Assembly (NCBI GenBank): GCA_040954595.2
Contig: CM082576.2
Location: 16,663,028-16,727,027, forward strand
Source: Balanoglossus misakiensis
Taxonomy: Eukaryota > Animalia > Hemichordata
DNA: 64,000 nucleotides
Direction of reading: 5' to 3'
Below the pieces are notes generated by a model that worked only from the letters and a program-made list of their open reading frames with translations, ran no database searches and had not been told where the DNA came from. A program made the position numbers and the translations under genes. Within the stretch, counting starts at the first letter, position 1, and each line of letters begins with the position of its first letter. Shown here in pieces: positions 12,555-22,358 of the stretch.

Positions 12555-14067
12555 CTTGGTACTTCAACAGCCAATTTTGTGTTTAAAAAACTCACTGATG
12601 TGCTCACCATAAGTCTGTGCCAAACACTGTTGTCGGTAATGTTTACTAATGGATATTAGTGAAAATATTCCAATTTGCGGGTAATGTAATATTTATAAAC
12701 CAATCAATATTTATAACCCAAGGTTATGGTAATGTGTTCTCCTTGCTAAGGACACTTGCTGGTAAAATGCGAAAAGGCTTCATTTGTTGCATAATGTGTA
12801 ACCAGTGAATGGATATATAGACGCTGGTAAGAAACAAGCGTAGTAGACTGAGCTTATGGTAAATTCAAGTTGCTTTCCAGATAGCTTGTTTCATTTGTTT
12901 GAGTCTGTAAGATGTTGCCACAGTTATCGTTATCAACTAACGATAATTAACAAGTCGGTATTTCCGTTTCTTAGAAATTGTTATTAAGACCCTCCGTTTC
13001 AAGACGACCATAGTTATGGAAACGAAGCTTGATAACATAATTATAACTGAGGCTTGCAATTATGAAAATTAATCTAATGACAAGGCACATCGACATTGGA
13101 CCCTGGGGAAATTCACAAACTTTCCAATTGCAAGAATGGCAATTAGTTACAGACTGCTGAATTTTATTTGCGCATACGTCCTTGAATACAGGGTGGCAGT
13201 AGTGGTAGAAATGTTCCCATTTCGTGTGCATTTTAGTTCTCACACGTGAGCTAATGTCATACCGATTTCTGTCTGTATGTCCATGTGTGTCACATTTACA
13301 TTTCAATTTGTTACCTAATCTCGCAGATTATTTTCTTTCAAGGCGATAAAAGAGCCGAATTCGATCCAGTGTACGTTCTTTTATCAGATATTCACTGCAA
13401 GTAGGCTTCACTCCGACTGCTGAAGTTCAAAATCGATGTCAGTTTTCGTGAAAAGCGCCTCCGTGAGCTTTGACAGAGTAAGGCGGCAGGTGTTCGCTGT
13501 CGTGTCAAAAATGTTCAGTAGTGACATGGTTTGGTCGTGTAAACCCAATATGTCCATACAGGTGCGTAGATTCATTTGAATGGACTCTATGGAACTGACA
13601 CAATGCCATGGAAGCTTATGACTCGGACCCGCCACACGTTCTCAGAATCAAGGAAAGATTTAAACGGCAACTCACACTCTTTCAGCCGCACTCCAGCAAG
13701 GAGAGGGAATACTACGACAGGTTGTTGGGCGACAGACTGAGAACGGATCTGCAGAGCATCCTGCGGTGGCAGAGGAGGTTGCACAACTTGAGCATCGGGT
13801 TCTCCCTGTTATGGGGTGCCATGTGTTAACTTATTATTTAGCTATATTATTTGTTCAAAAGTCGTTATTTTACATACTTATATGTATGTAATTATAGATT
13901 TGCAAACCATTTAAGTCCTGACAATTTATTTATAAATAATTTCAAGTCGATTCAATTATATACATAAAATGTATTTTATGCTCTTTTATTTATATATAAT
14001 AAATTATTTATAAACAATGTCAGTGTCAGTCTATTATATGCATATAATAAATGATTTGCACAATTAT

Positions 14068-14617
14068 TTAAGCAATAACCCCCGCCGCAGGCGGGTATAC
14101 ACGAGATTTTGGTACAATTCGAGACATATAGCACGAGCCGTCAGGCGAGTGCTATATGGAGCGAATTGTACCAAAATCGAGTGTATACCCGACTGCGGCG
14201 GGGGTTATTGCTATTATATTATATCAACAGTTGTTTTTGTGGCTAATCAGTGTCATTTTCTTACGTATACCGAAACGGCGTCAGAAAGAGAAATTACGAT
14301 CGTGAACCAACATGGCGACGGTGAATGTAAACACGTGCGGCCCGGGATCGAGCATTAAACATAAAGCAGACGCCAAAAAGTGACAAAAGTGCAAAATATT
14401 CAGAGCAGAGCAATTCCAAAATAAAACATCCGTAAATTCTAGTGTTTTTATGTTATTCATTTGGTTTAATCCCGCGCGACTGTGGTATAACCGCACATTT
14501 TCCCTGCTGCATGCTAGTTGAGGGGCCCGTTTTACCACTGCCAGCAGTGGTAAAACAGTATTTTACCATAGCTCTCGTCCAATCAGAATCGCGGACGGTA
14601 GCATGATATAATATAAT
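14068..14617. mobile_element. double-hairpin non-autonomous element (Crypton-like by inference)
   Basis: Palindrome 14071-14212, followed by ATTATATTATATCA (14213-14226) that pairs with 14604-14617. Confidence 0.7.
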
Positions 14618-15696
14618 TATATATAATGAATTATTTATAAATAATAAAAATGTAAGTGTATTATATATATATCATGAGTGATTTACATAATTATTTATAT
14701 ATAACTAATACGGACATCACTCGAATACGGCGCGTTATCGACCAAAATTCGTGTAATAACCCCTAAGTACTACTATGCCTGTGGGCTGTTGAGGATATCT
14801 GATTACACTGTGCGGTCGTCGTTTCAAGCATCGAAAAGTCTGGTTATTGGAAGGTAATTTAAATTGCTTGTCACGTGATAGTTGTGTAAACAATTTTCAG
14901 ACTGAATTAACAATAATGCTCTCCTATATCTAAGTTTCAGAAAATATATGGTTTTAGGGAATTCTTAGCTAGATAATTAACAGAGAAATGTTTATTTCAA
15001 AAAGTAAATTTCTTATCTCGTATTCTTAAAGTCAAAGGATATTATTGATATTTTAAATTTAAATTATTCACTGATACATATTACTGTTACTGCCGGCTAT
15101 AGAGAATTTCGGATTATACTGTGCGTTCGTCGTTTAAAATAATATCCGCGTGAGGTGCATCCCTGCCACTGTAAACTTCACCCGGTTCATCTGTCGCTAA
15201 ATTGTCACCCTTCCTGGCTGCCGCCCTTTGAACACTTTCGATACCTATGATTGTTGTTGTGGGGCCGTCTTGTTTATTCATTTCTGAGTCAACAGGTCGT
15301 GATGTTTGTTTCTCGGTGAATTTTGTGATATCGCGTCGGATTCTTTCCTTTGTGTTCATTTCTGGCTTAAAAAAGACGACGTACAGCTTTGGTATATAGA
15401 TACACACGAGCAAACACGTGGTGGACACGAACATAACTATAGCTTGCGACACGGACTTCAGTTTACCATGCGTCCAAAAGGACACTGGGTAATAAATCGA
15501 CCAAACACTAAAATACATGAACATAGCAAAGGTTATGAACTTTGCTTCGTTGAAGTTACTTGGAAGCTTTCTGGCCCGAAATGCAAGAATCAAACAAACT
15601 CCAGTTAAGACCCAAGTATAGATACTTCTTGTCAGACCGAGAGGTAAGGAGGTTTCCTTACACTGCACGAAGGTTTTAGTCTTTGAAATCTCGTTA

Positions 15697-17215
15697 TTAT
15701 TATTATTATTATGCTTTATTTAAAGAGGGTAGTCTGTGTTACAAAGTAGAATTGTAATATACAACAGAGCCCTCAAAGGCAAAATGAGAATGAATACAAC
15801 AAGGAAAAAAAAAACACTGAAAAAATCAAATCAAGTCGCAATGGCGGAAACATTCATGAAATCTAATCAAGTGATGAACCTTCATTTATAAATTTAGTGT
15901 GAAAAAAGTTACGTAGTTGTGACTTGAACTGTGACAGACTGTATATACTTCTTATAGACAGGGGAATATTGTTCCAGATATTTGTTGCTCGATACATAAA
16001 AGACCTTTGCCCAGTTGCTGTTTTAAAAGTGGGCACATACAAATTAGCGTTGCTGACAGATCTAGTGGTAAAATTGTACATCTCAGAAACATAGGAAAAT
16101 TCATTTAAATAATCAGGCGCCAGGCCATGTAGTATCTTGAAAGTTTGAACAGCAATGAAATACTCAATTCTAATATCAATGGGCAACCAATGAAGAGTTG
16201 TCAGAAGAGAACGAGAAGGAAATGTAATGTCTACTCCTAAAATTACTCTGCCGGCTCTTTTCTGAAGTTTATAAATTCTCTGTAGATTGGTTTTTGAAGT
16301 GTTGCCCCAAACAGTGCAACAGTAATCAATTATAGAAAGGAAAATAGCATTATAAACCAACATAAGAGTATGCCTTGGGGTCAAAGGTCGCAATTTCCTC
16401 AGTACCCCAATCCGCATTGACAATTTTCTACTTAAGTTATCTATATGAGTATCCCATGTTAAAGCTTTGTCAATCTCTATTCCAAGAAGTGTGTGAGAAG
16501 AAACACAAGAAATGCAAGTATTATTGATCCTAATATTGGGAGTGACACTGTGCTCGGACACATTATTAACCTTTGGGCGAGAGGCAACAATCATCCATTT
16601 TGTCTTGGTGGTGTTAATTGACATGGCATTATTTGAAACCCATGTGGAAATTGGTAAAACGTCCTCTTGAAGTTTTGTACCAACCTCATTAATAGAGATG
16701 CCAGAGACACAAAGTGTTTGATCATCAGCAAACATATCAATGTTGCCCATGCTGAGACTCAAAGGTAAATCATTAATGAAAATTAAAAACAAAAGAGGTC
16801 CTAAAATGGAACCTTGTGGAACACCACAAACAACAGGTAAAGTCTTTGATTCCTCACCCATGTAACTGACAAATTGACATCTATTCGAGAGATATGAACG
16901 AAACCATTTTAAAGATACATCATTAACACCGTAAATGGACAATTTCCTTAAAAGAATATCATGATCGACCAAGTCAAAGGCCTTACATAAGTCAAGATAC
17001 ATTAGGCCATTGTACAGACCATTATCAATATTTCTCAAAAGTTGATCTGTAAGCTTCAGCAATGCGGTATTACATGAATGAAAGCGTCTGAAACCCGACT
17101 GCGAACTCATAATTAACTTATTATTCTGTAGATAAGTGTACAGACTGTTATAAACGTGTCTCTCAAGTATCTTTGATAAAGCAGGCAAGATTGATATGGG
17201 CCTGTAATTACTAAT
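15697..17215 (-). mobile_element. 5'-truncated second copy of the LINE 3' end (RT + 3'UTR + (TAA)n tail)
   Basis: Near-identical to 17216-18735; contains the 441-aa RT ORF 15863-17188. Confidence 0.92.
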
Positions 17216-17384
17216 TATTATTATTATTATGCTTTATTTAAAGAGGGTAGTCCGTGTTACAAAGTAGAATTGTAATATACAACAGAGCCCTCAAAGGCAA
17301 AATGAGAATGAATACAACAAGGAAAAAAAAAAAAAACACTGAAAAAATCAAATCAAGTCGCAATGGCGGAAACATTCATGAAAT

Positions 17385-20300
17385 CTAATCAAGTGATGAA
17401 CCTTCATTTATAAATTTAGTGTGAAAAAAGTTACGTAGTTGTGACTTGAACTGTGACAGACTGTATATACTTCTTATAGACAGGGGAATATTGTTCCAGA
17501 TATTTGTTGCTCGATACATAAAAGACCTTTGCCCAGTTGCTGTTTTAAAAGTGGGCACATACAAATTAGCGTTGCTGACAGATCTAGTGGTAAAATTGTA
17601 CATCTCAGAAACATAGGAAAATTCATTTAAATAATCAGGCGCCAGGCCATGTAGTATCTTGAAAGTTTGAACAGCAATGAAATACTCAATTCTAATATCA
17701 ATGGGCAACCAATGAAGAGTTGTCAGAAGAGAACGAGAAGGAAATGTAATGTCTACTCCTAAAATTACTCTGCCGGCTCTTTTCTGAAGTTTATAAATTC
17801 TCTGTAGATTGGTTTTTGATGTGTTGCCCCAAACAGTGCAACAGTAATCAATTATAGAAAGGAAAATAGCATTATAAACCAACATAAGAGTATGCCTTGG
17901 GGTCAAAGGTCGCAATTTCCTCAGTACCCCAATCCGCATTGACAATTTTCTACTTAAGTTATCTATATGAGTATCCCATGTTAAAGCATTGTCAATCTCT
18001 ATTCCAAGAAGTGTGTGAGAAGAAACACAAGAAATGCAAGTATTATTGATCCTAATATTGGGAGTGACACTGTGCTCGGACACATTATTAACCTTTGGGC
18101 GAGAGGCAACAATCATCCATTTTGTCTTGGTGGTGTTAATTGACATGGCATTATTTGAAACCCATGTGGAAATTGGTAAAACGTCCTCTTGAAGTTTTGT
18201 ACCAACCTCATTAATAGAGATGCCAGAGACACAAAGTGTTTGATCATCAGCAAACATATCAATGTTGCCCATGCTGAGACTCAAAGGTAAATCATTAATG
18301 AAAATTAAAAACAAAAGAGGTCCTAAAATGGAACCTTGTGGAACACCACAAACAACAGGTAAAGTCTTTGATTCCTCACCCATGTAACTGACAAATTGAC
18401 ATCTATTCGAGAGATATGAACGAAACCATTTTAAAGATACATCATTAACACCGTAAATGGACAATTTCCTTAAAAGAATATCATGATCGACCAAGTCAAA
18501 GGCCTTACATAAGTCAAGATACATTAGGCCATTGTACAGACCATTATCAATATTTCTTAAAAGTTGATCTGTAAGCTTCAGCAATGCGGTATTACATGAA
18601 TGAAAGCGTCTGAAACCCGACTGCGAACTCATAATTAACTTATTATTCTGTAGATAAGTGTACAGACTGTTATAAACGTGTCTCTCAAGTATCTTTGATA
18701 AAGCAGGCAAGATTGATATGGGCCTGTAATTACTAATAACATGTTTCGGCCCGTTCTTATGTATGGGTACAACTCTGGCACATTTAAAGCAATCAGGGAA
18801 AGTACCATTCGTTATTGACAAATTGAACATATTAGTAATGCGACCCGCTATACTATTTGCCCCGATTTTAAGAAGTTTGGGGGAGACATTGTCAAAACCA
18901 TGAGATTTGGTAGCATCTAACGATGCTAGTTGCTCCATCACAAAATTAAATGGGATTTGGGGCAGCTGAAAAGAAGGTAAATTTGGGCTCATTTGTGAAT
19001 TAACCCACGTTTTCGTGATTGCCAAATCTGAGTGGCCAGGAAGACTTTGGCGGTACTCAACAACAATACTGGTGAAATAATCATTGAAGGCGTCTGCAAT
19101 GTCTTTGTGATTCGACAGTGTTCTGTTATTGGAAGTGATGCGAGGACTTTGCGAACAGGCGTTATCATTTGAAAGAATGTCATGTACAGTACGCCATACA
19201 ACAGTTGGATTACTGGAATTTGCAGAAAAAATACTTCTATAGTAGCGACGCTTCTCGGTGGTTATAAAGTGAACTACCTTATTTCTTAGTGTTCTATACA
19301 TACTCCAGTCATCATGCGAGTTGGAACGCACGGCTTTATCGAGATGAAAGTCTCTAACATGAATTAGCTCCAAAATCTCCGAAGAAAACCATGGTGGTTG
19401 TCGTAGCCGCTTCACCCTTCGAACAACTCTTGGTGCATGCGTATTGCAGATGTCATTAAAAGAAGTTGCCCAGTCCATAAACGCAGTATTTACATCGTCT
19501 GTATGACAATAAGACTCAAAAGCAGAGTTTAAGTCATCGATAAAGCTGTTTGCATGAAAGTTTCGAAAATGCCTACTGGTAACATAAATATGTGAGCCCG
19601 TATTACAATTGTTGGCATGGTAACGTCGTATAACACAAACAGGATAGTGGTCGGAAAGACCAACCTTAGGGATACAGGTTCTCGAAATGTTACTAGGACT
19701 ATTTACATAAATGTGATCAAGCAAGGTTCCCGATATGGGGCGAGTTACAGTGGTGACGAGTTGACTAAAATTCATAGATTCCATACACTTATACAGATAG
19801 CTATTCCTCCCATTTGGACTCAGGAGGTTGAAGTTAAAATCACCCAATACAATCATTTCTTTGTTTTCTAAATAAACAGATTCGATAATACTCTCAATAA
19901 CTTTGTCAACAGAAAGAGTTGAACTAGGTGGTCTATAAATACCAATTACAAAGATTGGACGGGAGTAATTAATAGACAGTTCAATTATGATGACCTCGGT
20001 ATTACAGTTTTCAAGATCATGCCTGCGCTTGAAGGTGAAATTCGAGTTAACATAAGCGAGAAGGCCACCACCAGGTCCAGTTGACCTGTCTTTTCTGCAT
20101 GATTCGTACCCATTAATGATAAAATCTGCATCACAATGAAGGTCACTGAGAAATGTTTCACTCAAAATAAGAACATCGAAAGGTTTAATGTTATTGTTCA
20201 ATTTTAAGCGCAATTCATCAATCTTGTTGGTTAAATGTTGAATGTTCCAAAAACCAATACGAATACCTTTTGAAGTAGTGAGATCATGAAATGGGTGACT

Positions 20301-20399
20301 ACTGGAGTTCGCAGTAGGATCAACATGTGGTTTCGGTGAAGTTGATGTGATGTCGCCATGAGTAGTAGTATTTTCGGCACACTCATCATGGCCGGCTTC
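17385..20399 (-). CDS. LINE ORF2: apurinic endonuclease + reverse transcriptase
   Basis: The frame is open from the ORF1 stop onward: GFWNIQHL, LSETFL, GGGLLAY, YRPP, LGDFN, SDH, YRPISIL, QSGFR, LDLCKAFD, GVPQGSILGP, FADD. No ATG precedes the APE domain. Confidence 0.9.
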   Translation of the reverse strand, partial: EAGHDECAENTTTHGDITSTSPKPHVDPTANSSSHPFHDLTTSKGIRIGFWNIQHLTNKIDELRLKLNNNIKPFDVLILSETFLSDLHCDADFIINGYESCRKDRSTGPGGGLLAYVNSNFTFKRRHDLENCNTEVIIIELSINYSRPIFVIGIYRPPSSTLSVDKVIESIIESVYLENKEMIVLGDFNFNLLSPNGRNSYLYKCMESMNFSQLVTTVTRPISGTLLDHIYVNSPSNISRTCIPKVGLSDHYPVCVIRRYHANNCNTGSHIYVTSRHFRNFHANSFIDDLNSAFESYCHTDDVNTAFMDWATSFNDICNTHAPRVVRRVKRLRQPPWFSSEILELIHVRDFHLDKAVRSNSHDDWSMYRTLRNKVVHFITTEKRRYYRSIFSANSSNPTVVWRTVHDILSNDNACSQSPRITSNNRTLSNHKDIADAFNDYFTSIVVEYRQSLPGHSDLAITKTWVNSQMSPNLPSFQLPQIPFNFVMEQLASLDATKSHGFDNVSPKLLKIGANSIAGRITNMFNLSITNGTFPDCFKCARVVPIHKNGPKHVISNYRPISILPALSKILERHVYNSLYTYLQNNKLIMSSQSGFRRFHSCNTALLKLTDQLLRNIDNGLYNGLMYLDLCKAFDLVDHDILLRKLSIYGVNDVSLKWFRSYLSNRCQFVSYMGEESKTLPVVCGVPQGSILGPLLFLIFINDLPLSLSMGNIDMFADDQTLCVSGISINEVGTKLQEDVLPISTWVSNNAMSINTTKTKWMIVASRPKVNNVSEHSVTPNIRINNTCISCVSSHTLLGIEIDNALTWDTHIDNLSRKLSMRIGVLRKLRPLTPRHTLMLVYNAIFLSIIDYCCTVWGNTSKTNLQRIYKLQKRAGRVILGVDITFPSRSLLTTLHWLPIDIRIEYFIAVQTFKILHGLAPDYLNEFSYVSEMYNFTTRSVSNANLYVPTFKTATGQRSFMYRATNIWNNIPLSIRSIYSLSQFKSQLRNFFHTKFINEGSSLD

Positions 20400-22358
20400 T
20401 CAGGCGCGGGTACAGTTCTTTGACTTGTGCCCTTGAGTGCCACATGACCAGCAAGTTACCGCTGCACCATGTCGACAAACACGACTCACGTGACCATCCT
20501 CTCCGCAGTTGAAACATTTGACATTTGTTGCGGGTTGCGAGAAGTTACGCTGCGAGAACATACGACCGGCGTTTGGGTTTCTGTTGGTTACGACATGTTG
20601 TTCCGGTCTTCTGCTGAGAAAAGTGTTTTCGTATCTTAGCCGTTGAACTGCTGGCCCAGGGCGAGTAAACGATTGGTTATCCCATCTTCGACGTTGAAAT
20701 TCGTCCGGGCGAGTAAACGATTGGTTATCCCATCTTCGACGTTGAAATTCGTCCGGGCGAGTAAACGATTGGTTATCCCATCTTCGACGTTGAAATTCGT
20801 CCGGGCGAGTAGACGATTGGTTATCCCATCTTCGACGTTGAAATTTGCCCGGTGTGAACAGTTGTTCGAGACCAGCATTCGTCAACATAATACGAATGCC
20901 TTTGACACTTAGGTGAATGCCGTCTCGATAGAGTGTAGACGCATCAATTGTGTTATTACGGAATTTGAAGGTACCATCGTTGTCAATAAAATTGACGTTT
21001 TCCCGTTGGCACAGCAAAGCAAGCTCATTGTTAACTTCATCTATTTTTGGTTGAACATCAGTAGTGTCTGTCCGGGGCGGAATGCTGAGAACGATGACTC
21101 GATCATTTGACAAGGTTTTGGCGAGTTTTATCAAATCCAGGTAGCATGCTATGATATCACCCGTTGGAATCATCTTACTGATGTCATTTGTTCCTACTTG
21201 GAGATATATTTCCCTGTATTTGTCGTTGCATTTAGCAGACAGGTTAGCATGAATGTCATTAATCGTAGCACCTGGAATAGCTTCCACTGTAGCATTGTGA
21301 TTTACTGGGGATATGAAACGAAGTAACGAGTCCCCAACGAATAATGTTTGGTCTTGTGTACGCTGCTCTCTGACATGAGACTCATCTGTCTGGATCATAT
21401 CATCACTAGTTTGTGTACCTAGAGATCTTACCTCCGGACGGTTACTTTGTTTAGTCAGTTCCGTATGTAGTCTCATTTTCAGGTCGGCATTTACGTCACG
21501 GAGCTTGAGAAGTTCCTCCTTTAATTCAGCGTTTTCTTTCGTAGCGGATGAGTATATATCCCGTAGGTATTCATTGGTGTCCTTAAATTCAGAAATTTGA
21601 TTATTCAGTGCAGTGACGGAATGTGACAGACGTCTGCAGTCGTGGCATGGCCAGAAATAGCGGTTCAGTTCCTCATTTTCAACATTTATGCACTTTAGGT
21701 GAAACCAGCTATAACACAAGCTGCACCGAATCATTTCACCATTACCCGATCTATCAAGTTTGCAGTTTTCAGTACAGTAACATTCAGTGCCGGGTGATTT
21801 TTGTTGACGATTCTTTTCAGCTTGACGCTTTTTCTTTGACTTGCGTGGGGTTTTCTTACCAGCTTTTGGTGGTCGCTGGGTTGATTCAACATTGTCGGAT
21901 TCCAGGGTAATATCAGACGAATCAACTTCGGAGTTGCTGTGACTAAAGCTTCTCACCAGCGACTTTATAGGAGAGGTAACCATGTCAATGACATAGTTGG
22001 CAGAAGGCGGTGACGATGGACGGCTTACCTCTGCCAGGCGCTGTTGGACACGGTTATTCAAGGCGTTTCCGATGTAGTGGCATACCTTTTTAATGGGATC
22101 GGCTTCAACATTAGGTAGCAGGAGCGTCATTTCGGCATTTAACTCTTTGACAAGTGGCCATTTGCTGAATGATTTCAGTTCTTGTGGAGACATGTCGTTT
22201 ACTCGATCCAGGTACTTTGCTTTCATCTGTCGCTCAATGTCTAATGGAACTGTGGATTCACCGGTGACAGATTTCCTTTGTGTTGCCATCTTGATTTGCA
22301 ATGCAAATTTTTGGAAGACAATACAGTTATTTGGATGACAATACAAATTTCCCGCCAC
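20400..22358 (-). CDS. LINE ORF1: PHD finger, coiled coil, SGNH esterase, 16-aa repeats, two CCHC knuckles
   Basis: CYC..C..IRCSLC..WFHLKC..WPCHDC; VGDSLLR/GATI/VGTND/DGIH; CFNCGEDGHVSRVC and CWSCGTQGHKSKNC. Confidence 0.9.
   Translation of the reverse strand: MAGNLYCHPNNCIVFQKFALQIKMATQRKSVTGESTVPLDIERQMKAKYLDRVNDMSPQELKSFSKWPLVKELNAEMTLLLPNVEADPIKKVCHYIGNALNNRVQQRLAEVSRPSSPPSANYVIDMVTSPIKSLVRSFSHSNSEVDSSDITLESDNVESTQRPPKAGKKTPRKSKKKRQAEKNRQQKSPGTECYCTENCKLDRSGNGEMIRCSLCYSWFHLKCINVENEELNRYFWPCHDCRRLSHSVTALNNQISEFKDTNEYLRDIYSSATKENAELKEELLKLRDVNADLKMRLHTELTKQSNRPEVRSLGTQTSDDMIQTDESHVREQRTQDQTLFVGDSLLRFISPVNHNATVEAIPGATINDIHANLSAKCNDKYREIYLQVGTNDISKMIPTGDIIACYLDLIKLAKTLSNDRVIVLSIPPRTDTTDVQPKIDEVNNELALLCQRENVNFIDNDGTFKFRNNTIDASTLYRDGIHLSVKGIRIMLTNAGLEQLFTPGKFQRRRWDNQSSTRPDEFQRRRWDNQSFTRPDEFQRRRWDNQSFTRPDEFQRRRWDNQSFTRPGPAVQRLRYENTFLSRRPEQHVVTNRNPNAGRMFSQRNFSQPATNVKCFNCGEDGHVSRVCRHGAAVTCWSCGTQGHKSKNCTRA
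20659..20846. repeat. 48-bp coding tandem repeat, about 4 copies (FQRRRWDNQSFTRPDE)
   Basis: Directly visible within ORF1. Confidence 0.92.

Noticed and set aside
20659-20846. CRISPR-like array
   Set aside because: The 48-bp units are head-to-tail with no unique spacers and lie in frame within LINE ORF1; the context is eukaryotic and has no cas genes.
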